This document shows positions 21,197 to 31,668 of a stretch of DNA of 64,000 bases, in pieces (position 1 is the first letter of the stretch; each line of letters begins with the position of its first letter). The stretch covers positions 266,455-330,454 of the forward strand of contig OZ246403.1 in assembly GCA_965230925.1 (NCBI GenBank), read 5' to 3'. The position numbers and the translations under genes are program-made. The stretch comes from an uncultured Candidatus Saccharibacteria bacterium. Its GTDB lineage: Bacteria; Patescibacteriota; Minisyncoccia; Phycocordibacterales; JACOZG01. The notes beneath the pieces were generated by a model. The model did no database searches, was not told the DNA's origin, and saw nothing but the letters and a program-made list of their open reading frames with translations.

Positions 21197-22828
21197 TTAT
21201 TCTGGCTGAACGTCTGGTGGTTGATACCGGAACTGGAGGGTAACTTCATCTGCTCCACCCACTACCCCGAGCTTGACCTCATACGGTGAATATTGTAATA
21301 CCGGCCACAGGAGGTCATCGATAGTGATCGAGAACGGGAAACTATAGAACTCACCTCCATTAGGAGCAGCGAGCGGGGCGTGGAAGTCCCCGGGACTACA
21401 AGGCACATTAAAGCCAGGCCCCTCATCACCAAAGTTGCAATGGAACTGATTAATAGGAAATCCGGAAATGGTATTTATGTCCACACCTGTAGCACTGGTG
21501 GCCAAAGACTTAACTGAAATAAGGTAAACCTGGACACCTACTCCTGTTGATTCATTTCGAATATTCGCCCGTGGAGTAGAAATAGCTGGGATACCATTAC
21601 TTTGTTGGTTAATTCTGATAACCGTTTGATCGGTTTCAATATTCAACGGAGTACCGCCAGTATCAAGAGTAAAGGTCGCAAACACATCTCGGTCCCCAGT
21701 GATATTATCGAGTTCGCAGGTATTACCCACCACATTGTCACAATTACCCCAACTTACCCCATACAAGAAATCATCGAAAGAAGCTGTTAGATCAAGACTA
21801 GAAACACTAATTTCTTCTTCGCACTCTTCAGAACCATTAGCAGAGTGGACACAATCCTCATCAAGCCCGGTGACAATTCCCACTCCTGGTCCAGAAAGGT
21901 GGAGGGTAACCGTATTATCACCTTCATCATTCACGTTGAGAGCACAGAAATCCTGGCCTTCATTGCCGTTAGCGTCAATCACTTTTACATAAGCCTCAAC
22001 ACTACCTGCCGGATACTGGGCATCTGGCGGACTCTGCGTGGTGCTGCTGACAGGAGAAGTGGGTCCATAGTTTACATCACCACCTAAACCGGGGGTACAA
22101 CCAGGCCCCACCCCATTACCACCCCAACAATAAGTGTAATTAGGGGTACCACCAGAAACAGTGGCAGTGAAATGAACGTTTTGTCCCGTGATTGGATTAG
22201 GTGGAGTATAAGTACAATCTACACTTAATTGATCGATAGCAACACAATTACTGTTACTACTTGCCGGTGGGTCTGTTTGGCAAAAACTTAACCACCCCAC
22301 AACATTAGACCCCCACGCAAAGCCCTTTAGGTGACCTCCCTCTACGCTGACATCGTTTGTCCAAGAACCTGACATTTTGATCCACCCATCCCAACCACCG
22401 CGAGAAGAATTGGGTTTAAGACCAGACTGGCTACTGCAATCACCATTAAATACCGAGCAAGCTCGAGCCCAACCAGTAACCGGTCCGTCGGCACCATCTG
22501 CAGGAGCCTTGGCCGCTTCAAAGGGTGCCTCTGGTGGGCAATTTATCCCCGGGCACGAAGCGGAAACGGTGGGATGAAGATCAATCCAACCAATATTTGA
22601 ACTCCAGGCATAGCCATCGAAGAATCCATCAGGAAAAATGGAGACATCGTCGGCATCGAAGCCTACCCAACCGATATTTGAACTCCAGGCGAAACCGGAT
22701 AAATTATGGGCTCCACCATGAGAAGCTTGAGTTGGTTTAGGCGTACTGGCCGAGTAAAATAGTCCTGCAGCGAGGACTAAGAAAAATAAGACAAGCGACG
22801 ACCAATGAAGGTGGTGCTTTTTAATCAC
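21197..22828 (-). CDS. Secreted Cys-containing surface protein with GxAWSSNIGW repeats and a PKD-like/Ig domain
   Basis: Signal anchor; repeats GFAWSSNIGW, GYAWSSNIGW, GFAWGSNVVGW; VSGGTPNYTYCW. Confidence 0.7.
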   Translation of the reverse strand: MIKKHHLHWSSLVLFFLVLAAGLFYSASTPKPTQASHGGAHNLSGFAWSSNIGWVGFDADDVSIFPDGFFDGYAWSSNIGWIDLHPTVSASCPGINCPPEAPFEAAKAPADGADGPVTGWARACSVFNGDCSSQSGLKPNSSRGGWDGWIKMSGSWTNDVSVEGGHLKGFAWGSNVVGWLSFCQTDPPASSNSNCVAIDQLSVDCTYTPPNPITGQNVHFTATVSGGTPNYTYCWGGNGVGPGCTPGLGGDVNYGPTSPVSSTTQSPPDAQYPAGSVEAYVKVIDANGNEGQDFCALNVNDEGDNTVTLHLSGPGVGIVTGLDEDCVHSANGSEECEEEISVSSLDLTASFDDFLYGVSWGNCDNVVGNTCELDNITGDRDVFATFTLDTGGTPLNIETDQTVIRINQQSNGIPAISTPRANIRNESTGVGVQVYLISVKSLATSATGVDINTISGFPINQFHCNFGDEGPGFNVPCSPGDFHAPLAAPNGGEFYSFPFSITIDDLLWPVLQYSPYEVKLGVVGGADEVTLQFRYQPPDVQPE

Positions 22829-22845
22829 TCAGAAATTATAGCAAT

Positions 22846-23790
22846 TTAAACCGAAGTTTGACTGTTGATAACTTCGGCCTGGAGTCGTTCAATGATTGGC
22901 TTTAGTTCACCAGCAAAAATTTTTGGTAAATTATGCCAGGATTCTTTAATTCGATGATCAGTCAACCGGTCCTGAACATAGTTGTAGGTGCGGATTTTCT
23001 CGGAGCGATCACCAGTGCCAATTTGGCCTTTGCGCTCAGCTGAAGCCGCGGCTTGATTCTTCTCGGCATCAGCGTTAGCAAGCTTACTAACGAGAAGTGA
23101 GAGGGCTTTCTCTTTGTTCCGCGCCTGACTACGCTCATTTTGCGAGCGAACCACGAGACCCGAAGGCTTATGGAGAATGCGTACTGCCGTTTCTACTTTA
23201 TTTACGTTTTGTCCCCCAGCACCACCCGAGCGCGAAAAGGTTATTTCGAGATCATTCGGATTCACCGCAAAAGCTTTAGCTTCCCGAATGGGGATAATCG
23301 CCACGGTTACCGTGGAAGTATGAATCCTCCCCTGCTTCTCGGTCTCGGGCACGCGCTGCACACGGTGAACACCGGTTTCATGGCGCAAATTGTCATAAGC
23401 ACCCTCACCTTCAATTTCGAAAACCAGATCATCTACTTCAGTAAAGTTCCAACCACAAATCCGGGCATACTTCTCGTACATCTCAGCGAGCGTCCGGGCA
23501 AAGAGAAGCGCTTCATCACCGCCAGCTCCGGCGCGAATTTCCATAATCAAACCGCTCGGACTATCACCGGAACCACCCGTTGTTTTGTTTTTCCCTAAAA
23601 TTTGGGTGGCCTGCTCGAGAAGAGCCTGTTGCTCGATTTGCAAACTCTCAATATCAGCACGAGCCAAGTCCGCCATCGCAGGGTCAGTGGCGGCTAAATC
23701 TTCGGCTTCTTTGATCTTCGTGGTCAGCTCGTCGTATTGAGGTAGGAGAAAAGCGACCCGAGGATCCTGTGTGAGATCCTCGCGGTTCAT
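22846..23790 (-). CDS. prfA: Peptide chain release factor 1 (shortened)
   Basis: [30 protein letters not shown] (PxT), GAGGQNVNK. Confidence 0.95.
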   Translation of the reverse strand: MNREDLTQDPRVAFLLPQYDELTTKIKEAEDLAATDPAMADLARADIESLQIEQQALLEQATQILGKNKTTGGSGDSPSGLIMEIRAGAGGDEALLFARTLAEMYEKYARICGWNFTEVDDLVFEIEGEGAYDNLRHETGVHRVQRVPETEKQGRIHTSTVTVAIIPIREAKAFAVNPNDLEITFSRSGGAGGQNVNKVETAVRILHKPSGLVVRSQNERSQARNKEKALSLLVSKLANADAEKNQAAASAERKGQIGTGDRSEKIRTYNYVQDRLTDHRIKESWHNLPKIFAGELKPIIERLQAEVINSQTSV

Positions 23791-24012
23791 TTACTTTTTC
23801 GCCTTGGCGGCGGAAGCTTCTTTGCGTTTCTTAAAGCGTTCTACGCGACCGGCGGTGTCGATAATCTTTTCATTGCCCGAGAAGAAGGGGTGGCATTGGC
23901 TGCAAATTTCAACATTAATTTTTTCCTTGGTTGAACCCACGGTAAAGTGGCTGCCGCAAGAGCAGGTGACCGTTGCTTTATCGTAAAATGTGGGGTGAAT
24001 GCCGTCTTTCAT
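23791..24012 (-). CDS. rpmE: 50S ribosomal protein L31 (Zn type)
   Basis: [28 protein letters not shown]. Confidence 0.96.
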   Translation of the reverse strand: MKDGIHPTFYDKATVTCSCGSHFTVGSTKEKINVEICSQCHPFFSGNEKIIDTAGRVERFKKRKEASAAKAKK

Positions 24013-24069
24013 GCGGGGTATCATAAACGTAAACTATTATTTTGGCAAGCCCCTAAGAGGGCGATGGGT

Positions 24070-25377
24070 TTATTTCCCTTCTAGAGTATCGATCAAGTCT
24101 TGATAGTTCGCGGCGATTTTCATGACTGAATCACCATAGAAGGCATTAGCCGGCTTGGCCCAGTTACCTCCAGCATAATATCTAAGGGCCGCGGTCCGCT
24201 CAGCGGTAAAACCACCTGCCCCCGCACCAAGATCAGCCACATAAATACCCGTGGCCGCAAAAGCATCTTGAGCCACCCAAGGATTTGGTGGCCGATTACC
24301 TGTCGCGGCACCAATCCGTTCTTTGTACATTTTCCACGTCGAAGGAATGAATTGCGATGGCCCCATTGCTCCTCCCCAGCCGCCCGCCATTGGGCAAGAG
24401 AGTGGTAAACCTTCCGGAGCCAAACCAAGCTCTTTGGTAATCTCCAGAAATGGCGCTTGATCACGCTCGGGTTTCATAATTGCTTTCCACTGCTTTCCTA
24501 GTGGATCGCCCGGGCGATTACAAGTCCCCACATTTTGACCCAAATTAGATTCTTGGGTCAGAATCGCCATGATGAAAGCCGGCCGCACGCCAGTTTTCTT
24601 TGAGACGAGAGTGGCGTGCTCAAGCGCTTCCCCGAAAGAAATGGCGGTTGAACCACGCAAACGGAACAAGGCGCTTTTAATCTCAATCTTCCGCCGCTCC
24701 CGTTGAGCCAAAACTTGTTTATAAGCCGCCTGTTGATTCTTATTAACGCCCAAAAGGCCCTTTTTCTCGGCCTCATTACGCTCAACCCGGCGCTTCTCCG
24801 TTTCAATCACCTGCTGTGCATCAATCTCGGCCGCCTGCTTCTTCTCTAGAGAAAGCTTCTCACTCTCCGTCTCTGATTTGTCTTCTCGAAGCGCATTAAA
24901 TGCTCGATGCAAAGAATCTTGAACTGAGGTAAAAGAATCCACATTGGCAAACACTCCCGAGACGGTGGAGTCATCGAGCACGATCTCAACCAAGGAAGAG
25001 TTTTCCATATCGCGGACCTGGCGCAACAGCTCAGCAAGTGATTCCTGCTGCTTGGTAATCTTGGTCGAAAGAGTCACAATTCTATCCTTTTTCTTTACAA
25101 TATCCCCCCCTAGCTGCTCAATTTCTAGTTTCTTGGCTTTAATTTTAAGCTTTGACTGATCAAGCTGATGTTGGAGAACATCAATATCTTTTTGCAAAGA
25201 ATTCCCCTGGCTCTGAGCCGAGCGCAATAAAGCTGATTGAACTAGAATCTCAGCCTCTACCTTAGCCAGTTCAGCCTCAAGCGCTTTACGCCGAGCCTCC
25301 ACATCTCCATTGGTCTGGGCGAGCGCCCACCAGGGCAAGAGGCCAAAAACCAAAAAAATCGCCAGGATTTTCTTCAT
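24070..25377 (-). CDS. Coiled-coil protein with C-terminal lytic murein transglycosylase (MltB/SLT_2-like)
   Basis: Signal peptide, long coiled coil, AILTQES catalytic Glu, GAMGPSQFIPSTW. Confidence 0.85.
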   Translation of the reverse strand: MKKILAIFLVFGLLPWWALAQTNGDVEARRKALEAELAKVEAEILVQSALLRSAQSQGNSLQKDIDVLQHQLDQSKLKIKAKKLEIEQLGGDIVKKKDRIVTLSTKITKQQESLAELLRQVRDMENSSLVEIVLDDSTVSGVFANVDSFTSVQDSLHRAFNALREDKSETESEKLSLEKKQAAEIDAQQVIETEKRRVERNEAEKKGLLGVNKNQQAAYKQVLAQRERRKIEIKSALFRLRGSTAISFGEALEHATLVSKKTGVRPAFIMAILTQESNLGQNVGTCNRPGDPLGKQWKAIMKPERDQAPFLEITKELGLAPEGLPLSCPMAGGWGGAMGPSQFIPSTWKMYKERIGAATGNRPPNPWVAQDAFAATGIYVADLGAGAGGFTAERTAALRYYAGGNWAKPANAFYGDSVMKIAANYQDLIDTLEGK

Positions 25378-25403
25378 CCTGCCGATTATAACATGAGTTT
25401 GGG

Positions 25404-26066
25404 CTATTTCTTCTCTTCTGCAGCAGCTGCTTCTGCTCCCTCAGCACCTTCTTCATCCTTCTTTCCCTTCTTCTCAACTTCAATTGCCGAGAGATCAACT
25501 GGCGTCTCTTCTTTCTCCTCTTGCGCCACGGTAATAGAAGCCACCACGTCTTCTGGCTTAGCGAGAGCCTTCACTCCAGCGGGCAACTTGAGATCCTGGA
25601 CCAACACCTGACTCTCAAGTGTGGCGAGAGCCGAGATATCAACCGTAATTCCATGAGGCAAATCCTTGGGCAAAGCCTCAATTTCGAGCTCGTGGACCAC
25701 CTTCACCAGAATTCCACCAAGCGACTTCACGGCTTCCGAAACACCGGCAAACTCAAGCGGCACCTTCACTTGGAGCACCTTACCCTTCTCGATCACATAG
25801 AAATCGGCGTGAACCGGCTCGCCACTCACCGGGTGTACTACCACCTCGTGAATAAGTACATCCTTATCGCCTCCCGCCACCTCGAGAGTAATCACGGTCG
25901 ATTCACCAGCCTTCTTGAAGACTTTTTGGAAATCAACACTGTTTACAAAGAGCGGCGTGGCCACATCCTTGTGTCCATAGGCGACCACGGGTAACTTACC
26001 CCCCTCGCGAGCGGTTTTAAGCTTCTTACCAAATATATTTCGCGGTTCAGCCGCCAATTTCACCAT
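25404..26066 (-). CDS. rplY: 50S ribosomal protein L25/Ctc
   Basis: GKLPVVAYG, HPVSGEPVHADFY, LPHGITVDISAL. Confidence 0.93.
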   Translation of the reverse strand: MVKLAAEPRNIFGKKLKTAREGGKLPVVAYGHKDVATPLFVNSVDFQKVFKKAGESTVITLEVAGGDKDVLIHEVVVHPVSGEPVHADFYVIEKGKVLQVKVPLEFAGVSEAVKSLGGILVKVVHELEIEALPKDLPHGITVDISALATLESQVLVQDLKLPAGVKALAKPEDVVASITVAQEEKEETPVDLSAIEVEKKGKKDEEGAEGAEAAAAEEKK

Positions 26067-26075
26067 TGGGGGCTA

Positions 26076-26942
26076 TTATACGGAAGAATTGAAAACTTTC
26101 AACTTTTTCGTCACCACCTCCTCCACGGCACCCACTACGTTCTTCATAATCTTATAGGGTGTAACCTCGTCTGGCTCATTTTGCAAAGTGAGTTTAAGTG
26201 CATCGCGATAGGCTACCCGGAGCTCGGTGTTCACATGGACAATGCTGACTCCCGCCGCAATTGCCGCTTTAATTTCTTCATCTTGATTGCCCGAAGCGCC
26301 GTGGAGCACGAGGGACACGCCGGTGGCTTCAGAAATCTCTTTTACACGCTCAATATTGAGTGCCGGATCATGTTGACCCTTCAACATGCCGTGGATATTA
26401 CCCACGGCTGGAGCAAGGAGATCAACTCCGGTTTCTGCCACAAACTTGGCTGCCATTTCTGGCTTGGTAAGATTATCCCCCGTCGCCACGCCTTCTGGGA
26501 GTTCGTCGAGAAGCTTAGACGACGTGCCAATATAGCCGAGCTCGCCTTCCACAATAATTTCTGGATTCTTGGCCCTCGCATAGGCCACGCAATCTTTAGC
26601 AATCGCCACATTTTCTTCATACGAGAGTTGCGCGCCGTCGAAAATAACGGCGTCGAAGTGAGCATCAATTGCTTCCTTCACCCGCTCGGCCGAGTAGGTG
26701 TGGTCGGCATTGAGAAAAATGGGGTAATCGAATTCCTCTCGCAAGCTCCGCACCAGAGCCGCGACCTGTCGCACGCCAATAAAATCCCGCTCGCCTTCCG
26801 AAACGCCGATAATTACCGGCACCCCGAGCTTCCTCGCCGCATTAAAAATCGCCCACAAGGTCTCAACATTAGAAATATTAAAATGTCCAATTGCCACTTT
26901 CTTCTCCTTCGCCTCGGCCAAGCATTCACGCAGGGTTTTCAT
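26076..26942 (-). CDS. fba: Class II fructose-bisphosphate aldolase
   Basis: GHFNISN, LNADH, VEGELG, AVGNIHG, LVLHGASG. Confidence 0.92.
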   Translation of the reverse strand: MKTLRECLAEAKEKKVAIGHFNISNVETLWAIFNAARKLGVPVIIGVSEGERDFIGVRQVAALVRSLREEFDYPIFLNADHTYSAERVKEAIDAHFDAVIFDGAQLSYEENVAIAKDCVAYARAKNPEIIVEGELGYIGTSSKLLDELPEGVATGDNLTKPEMAAKFVAETGVDLLAPAVGNIHGMLKGQHDPALNIERVKEISEATGVSLVLHGASGNQDEEIKAAIAAGVSIVHVNTELRVAYRDALKLTLQNEPDEVTPYKIMKNVVGAVEEVVTKKLKVFNSSV

Positions 26943-26981
26943 CGTTGGATTATAGCACACCGCTTTTGCTATACTTCCCCC
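26943..26981. promoter_or_regulatory. 39-bp divergent promoter with two extended -10 boxes
   Basis: TGCTATAAT on the minus strand, 6 nt before the fba ATG; TGCTATACT on the plus strand, 6 nt before the pfkB-family ATG. Confidence 0.75.
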
Positions 26982-27977
26982 ATGGCTAAAAATTTCGACT
27001 TTGTGGCAATTGGCGATACGACGATTGATGCGTTTATTCGGCTTAAAGAAGCCAGTGTGAATTGCGATATTGATCGCGAGAATTGCAAAATTTCCATGAA
27101 CTTTGCGGATAAAATCCCCTATGAATCAGTAACCGTGGTGCCAGCCGTGGGCAATAGCCCCAATGCTGCAGTCGCCGCTGCCCGGCTTGGTCTCGCAAGT
27201 GCTCTCGTTTGTGATGTTGGCGCGGATCGGGAGGGTGAAGACGTGAAAACAGCGCTCGCGGCTGAAAATGTCTCAACTGATTTTGTCCGAACCCATTCTG
27301 ACGTGAAAACCAATTATCACTACGTGCTCTGGTATGAAGATGACCGTACTATTTTGATCAAACACGAGACTTACGATTACAAACTCCCCGACCTTGGCTC
27401 GCCTAAATGGATTTATTTGAGCTCAATTGGTGAAAATGCTGAAAGTTATCATCGAGAAATTGAAGAATACTTGAAAGCGAATCCCGAGGTCAAACTCGCC
27501 TTCCAGCCTGGCACCTTCCAGATGAAAGCCGGAACCGAGAAGCTCGCCGGTATCTATGCTCGGACAGAAATCTTTTTCTGTAATACCGAGGAAGCGAAGC
27601 GGATTTTAAAAACTGAAGAGTCAGAAATTAAAAATTTGCTCGCAGCTATTCAGAATTTAGGCCCCAAAATCGTCGTCATTACTGATGGACCAAAAGGTGC
27701 CCATGCCCTAGCTGACGATATCATCCACTTTGTGCCACCCTACCCTGACCCCAAGCCGCCCTTAGAGCGCACTGGCGCCGGCGACGCCTTCTCTTCCACC
27801 GTCACCGCGGCCCTGGCTCTTGGCGAAAGCTTAGAAACCGCGCTCCGTTGGGGGCCAATAAACTCGATGAGCGTGGTGCAAGAAATTGGCGCTCAGCGCG
27901 GCCTCCTCACTCGCGCCAAGCTCGAAGAATATTTAAAAAACGCCCCAGCGAACTACCTACCTCAACAAATTTCTTAG
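26982..27977 (+). CDS. PfkB/ribokinase-family carbohydrate kinase (start revised)
   Basis: MAKNFDFVAIGD, NAAVAAARLG, ERTGAGDAF; the ORF-track extension to 26181 is antisense to fba. Confidence 0.9.
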   Translation: MAKNFDFVAIGDTTIDAFIRLKEASVNCDIDRENCKISMNFADKIPYESVTVVPAVGNSPNAAVAAARLGLASALVCDVGADREGEDVKTALAAENVSTDFVRTHSDVKTNYHYVLWYEDDRTILIKHETYDYKLPDLGSPKWIYLSSIGENAESYHREIEEYLKANPEVKLAFQPGTFQMKAGTEKLAGIYARTEIFFCNTEEAKRILKTEESEIKNLLAAIQNLGPKIVVITDGPKGAHALADDIIHFVPPYPDPKPPLERTGAGDAFSSTVTAALALGESLETALRWGPINSMSVVQEIGAQRGLLTRAKLEEYLKNAPANYLPQQIS

Positions 27978-28019
27978 CTAACTTGACCGGCTCCAATTAA
28001 GTTCTAAAATTTAGAGCCT

Positions 28020-29267
28020 ATGAATAAAAAAGAGTTAAGTTTAATCTTGGTCTCTAGCGCTGTTTCTTTCGTCGTCCTCGTTTTAGTAAGCTTGGGACTT
28101 GTCGCAATTTACCGGGACCAAATTTTCCATTATTTTGCTTCACATTACCTAACTCAAGAATTGGGACGAGTTCTCGATGGTTCAAAGGGTGAAACTTCGA
28201 CGAGTGCTGGCCCGCTCTTTACTCAAGAAGCTCAAGTTATTGCCGCTGTGGACAAAGCGAGCCCTGCGGTCATCTCGATCGTTATCACCAAAGATGTGCC
28301 GATTTTTGAGAACATCAATCCTTTTGAAGATTTCTTTGGTGGAAATGGCCCGTTCAACCTCTTTTTCCCGGGAACTCGCCAAAATGGCACCGAGCGGCGT
28401 GAAGTGGGCGGTGGTTCAGGCTTTATTGTCTCCGCTGATGGCTTCGCCGTGAGTAATCGTCATGTGGTTGACGATTCAAAGGCGGAATATACCGCCATTA
28501 CTGCTGATGGGAAAAAGTATGGAGTTACTGTCCTCGCGAAAGACCCCGTTCTTGATATTGCCATCCTCAAACTTAAAGACGCTAAAGATCTCCCCTACCT
28601 CACCTTTGATGATTCCGACTCCGTTAAGGTGGGTCAAACCGCCATTGCAATTGGAAATGCTTTGGGTGAATTTGACAACACGGTCTCGGTGGGCATTGTG
28701 TCGGGTCTTTATCGCTCCATCACCGCCTCCGACGGCCTAGGCCAAGCAGAAACCCTAGACGAGGTAATTCAAACCGATGCCGCTATCAATCCCGGCAATT
28801 CAGGTGGACCGCTCTTAGATCTGCGAGGAAAAGTGATCGGGGTAAATGTAGCGGTGGCTCGCGGTTCAGAAAATATTGGCTTCGCTCTCCCCGCCAACCT
28901 AGTGAAAGGGGTGGTGGAATCAGTAAAAACTCATAATAAAATTGTCCGGCCATATCTCGGTGTTCGCTACACTGAGGTCACACCAACATTGAAAGAGAAA
29001 AACAAACTGACCGTTGATTATGGCGTCTTAGTGGTCCGTGGCGAGACAAGAGAGGATCTCGCCGTCATTCCTGGCTCCCCTGCCGACAAAGCTGGGATTG
29101 TAGAAAATGACATTATCTTAGAAATTGATGGGTTAAAACTTGATGGTGAGCGTGGTTTGGCCTCGGTAATTCGGGGAAAAACGGTTGGCCAAACAATAAA
29201 TTTGAAAGTTTGGCACAAAGGAACGACGAAAACAGTGGCGGTAAAGCTTGAACAGGCTCCGGAATAA
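28020..29267 (+). CDS. htrA: HtrA/DegP-family serine protease with one PDZ domain
   Basis: SNRHVV, DIAILK, QTDAAINPGNSGGPL, PDZ domain. Confidence 0.93.
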   Translation: MNKKELSLILVSSAVSFVVLVLVSLGLVAIYRDQIFHYFASHYLTQELGRVLDGSKGETSTSAGPLFTQEAQVIAAVDKASPAVISIVITKDVPIFENINPFEDFFGGNGPFNLFFPGTRQNGTERREVGGGSGFIVSADGFAVSNRHVVDDSKAEYTAITADGKKYGVTVLAKDPVLDIAILKLKDAKDLPYLTFDDSDSVKVGQTAIAIGNALGEFDNTVSVGIVSGLYRSITASDGLGQAETLDEVIQTDAAINPGNSGGPLLDLRGKVIGVNVAVARGSENIGFALPANLVKGVVESVKTHNKIVRPYLGVRYTEVTPTLKEKNKLTVDYGVLVVRGETREDLAVIPGSPADKAGIVENDIILEIDGLKLDGERGLASVIRGKTVGQTINLKVWHKGTTKTVAVKLEQAPE

Positions 29268-29280
29268 CCACCACTCACAC

Positions 29281-29316
29281 AAAAACCCCGTCCGCCAATT
29301 GGCGGACGGGGTTTTT
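29281..29316. terminator. Bidirectional intrinsic terminator (perfect palindrome)
   Basis: AAAAACCCCGTCCGCCAATTGGCGGACGGGGTTTTT between convergent genes. Confidence 0.85.
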
Positions 29317-29332
29317 GTTACGGTAAAATTAA

Positions 29333-29650
29333 TTACCAAGTATTGCGACGAGGACGGTCAGAACCGAAGTTCCCACCACCACCCGTGCGCGGTGCGCGCG
29401 GTTCCATTGGTCGAGCCTCGTTGACGGTAAGCTTGCGACCATCAAGTTCAACACCGTTTAAGGTGCTGATTGCCTTGTCGGCCTCTTCATCTGTACCCAT
29501 TTCAACGAAACCAAAGCCTTTGGATCGGCCAGTCATCTTGTCCATGATGATCGAAGCTGATGCCACGGTACCCGCCTGGGAGAAAAACTCCCGGAGTCCA
29601 GCATCGTTCGTCCCATAGGAGATGCCACCGACATAAATTCTCTTTGCCAT
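29333..29650 (-). CDS. RRM (RNP-1) RNA-binding protein (start revised)
   Basis: MAKRIYVGGI (RNP2), RSKGFGFVEM (RNP1), Gly/Arg tail. Confidence 0.93.
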   Translation of the reverse strand: MAKRIYVGGISYGTNDAGLREFFSQAGTVASASIIMDKMTGRSKGFGFVEMGTDEEADKAISTLNGVELDGRKLTVNEARPMEPRAPRTGGGGNFGSDRPRRNTW

Positions 29651-29849
29651 TCTTCCTAATTGATTTGCTTTAAACCTAATAAACGACCGCTTTCGCCCGC
29701 GCTCTTTACAAACACGACGAAAAACTATGCCGGTCAATATATACCTCTTCCCTCTATTTGTCAACTAGGCGGTGTGAACAAAGAAAAACCCCGGTTTTGC
29801 CGGGGAATTTCTTTATTTAGGGAGGTTAAACCTTGCCGGAGGGCTTTAT

Positions 29850-30341
29850 TTAACAGTTGTAACCATCATTAGCAGTCAGGTTGGTTGAGGTCGCCTTCGA
29901 AGCTCCGTTAGAATCAACACACCAGTAAGTACCTCCACTCCCGCTTCCTCGAAGTTCTGCTTTCATAATCCAATTCTGGGTTACAGGAGCACCATCGCTT
30001 TCACCGTCAGTTCGGCACTGGGAAGCAGAATAAGCAGTAGCATTAACGCTAGTAACCATATTAGAAATGGTAGAGGTAGCAAATAAACTATTAGCAGCAG
30101 AGGAAGCACAGGCGGTTAGAGCACCGGCAGTCGCAGCAATACCAATACCATAGTTATTAAGTCCATCGTAAACAATTGCAGCCTGAGAGCGAATATTACT
30201 CAAAGTTGCTTTAGTGGAAGCATCTTGACCTTTCTGTCGAGCGCTATTAAGCGACGCCAACACAATACCCGAAAGAATACCGATGATGGCAATAACCACC
30301 AAGAGTTCAATGAGCGTAAAACCTCGTTTCAAACTATTCAT
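29850..30341 (-). CDS. Type IV pilin (probable major pilin)
   Basis: KRG/FTLIELLVVIAIIGIL; C-terminal WCVDS...C; own leader and terminator. Confidence 0.9.
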   Translation of the reverse strand: MNSLKRGFTLIELLVVIAIIGILSGIVLASLNSARQKGQDASTKATLSNIRSQAAIVYDGLNNYGIGIAATAGALTACASSAANSLFATSTISNMVTSVNATAYSASQCRTDGESDGAPVTQNWIMKAELRGSGSGGTYWCVDSNGASKATSTNLTANDGYNC

Positions 30342-30456
30342 AAAATTAACTTAAATAATAAACTTTTTCGACTTCTGATAATTACTAATGATGGCTAACA
30401 GTATAAAGCTAAGCTGGCAAAGCGCAATCCGCCAACGAGCGAAAAGTGTGGATAAA

Positions 30457-31662
30457 CTAGATTCCGGAAGCCAAATTGTAGATAGGCATTAACACTGAGA
30501 CCAAAAGAACGCCCACCATCAAACCCAAAACTACGATCATTGCGGGCTCAATGAGATCGACGAGAGTTCGCACCTCATTATCCACTTCTCGGCGATAAAA
30601 TCGGGCCAAAGTTTGGAGAATAAAGCTCAATTTCCCCGACTCCTCACCCACTTTTACCATTTGGATCATGATATTAGGAATCTCAGGGTACTTGAAGAAA
30701 ACGGCAGAAACCTGTTCACCCGCCTTAATACCCACGCTAGCCTCGGTGAGAATCTCGCGAAAAACCCTATTGTCCACCACTTCGGCGGTAATCTCGAGAG
30801 CCCGTACCATCGAGATTCCCGAGGCCAACATGGTGGCCAGATTATCTGCCATACGAGAAAGATAAATTTTGCGGTATAAACGCCCAACATAGGGCACAGA
30901 AAGCTTAAAGTGAGATAGACTAATTTGCCCTTGCAAGGTTTTTAGATAATGTCGCAAAAAGAGAATGAGCAAAACCAAAAGAATGAACAAATAAGCACCA
31001 TAACTGACAAAAAATTCACTAACACCAATCACAATCTTGGTATAAATCGGCAGTTCTTGGCCTGTCTCTTTAAGAATATCGCTCAACTTGGGGATAACTA
31101 AAGTAATCATCAAAATCATTACCACAATGAAAGAAAGGACGATAAAAGCTGGGTAAATAAGGGCGTTTTTTGCCTTTGAGGTGAGTTCATAGGAACGTTC
31201 AAGGTAATCTGCCAAATAGTTGAAGTTGTCCGACATTTTTCCCGACTCTTCACCCGCCTTAACCATGTTGACGTAAAAATCAGGAAAAACCTTGGGATGC
31301 TTCTCCAAAGCGCCGGAAATAGAGACTCCTGACTTGATGTCGTCGGTAACTTGAGTCAATGTTTCGCGCAAAAAGGGATTATCGGTCTCACTAGCCAACA
31401 AACGGAAAGCGGATAAAGCCGAGACCTTAGCTTCAAACAAGGTCGCAATTTGCCGCGAGATAATAACAACATCTTTAGTCTTAACCTTATGACCAAGAAC
31501 GATGTAACTACCGAGACCGCGGCCCTCACCCACCTGCTTAATATCAACAATGATTAATCCTCGGCGCTGAAGACCGCTAATGGCGAGATTAACATTGGGC
31601 GCGTCGATGGTTCCATCTTCGACTTGACCGTCCTTCGTTGTGGCTTGGTAATTAAAAATCAT
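30457..31662 (-). CDS. pilC: Type IV pilus platform protein PilC (GspF family)
   Basis: Two GEESG repeats, ALIYP, LIEP. Confidence 0.92.
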   Translation of the reverse strand: MIFNYQATTKDGQVEDGTIDAPNVNLAISGLQRRGLIIVDIKQVGEGRGLGSYIVLGHKVKTKDVVIISRQIATLFEAKVSALSAFRLLASETDNPFLRETLTQVTDDIKSGVSISGALEKHPKVFPDFYVNMVKAGEESGKMSDNFNYLADYLERSYELTSKAKNALIYPAFIVLSFIVVMILMITLVIPKLSDILKETGQELPIYTKIVIGVSEFFVSYGAYLFILLVLLILFLRHYLKTLQGQISLSHFKLSVPYVGRLYRKIYLSRMADNLATMLASGISMVRALEITAEVVDNRVFREILTEASVGIKAGEQVSAVFFKYPEIPNIMIQMVKVGEESGKLSFILQTLARFYRREVDNEVRTLVDLIEPAMIVVLGLMVGVLLVSVLMPIYNLASGI

Positions 31663-31668
31663 AATGCC

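Noticed and set aside
26181-26981. Apparent 267-aa N-terminal extension on the PfkB kinase
   Set aside because: It is the antisense of fba; the true start at 26982 has its own -10 box.
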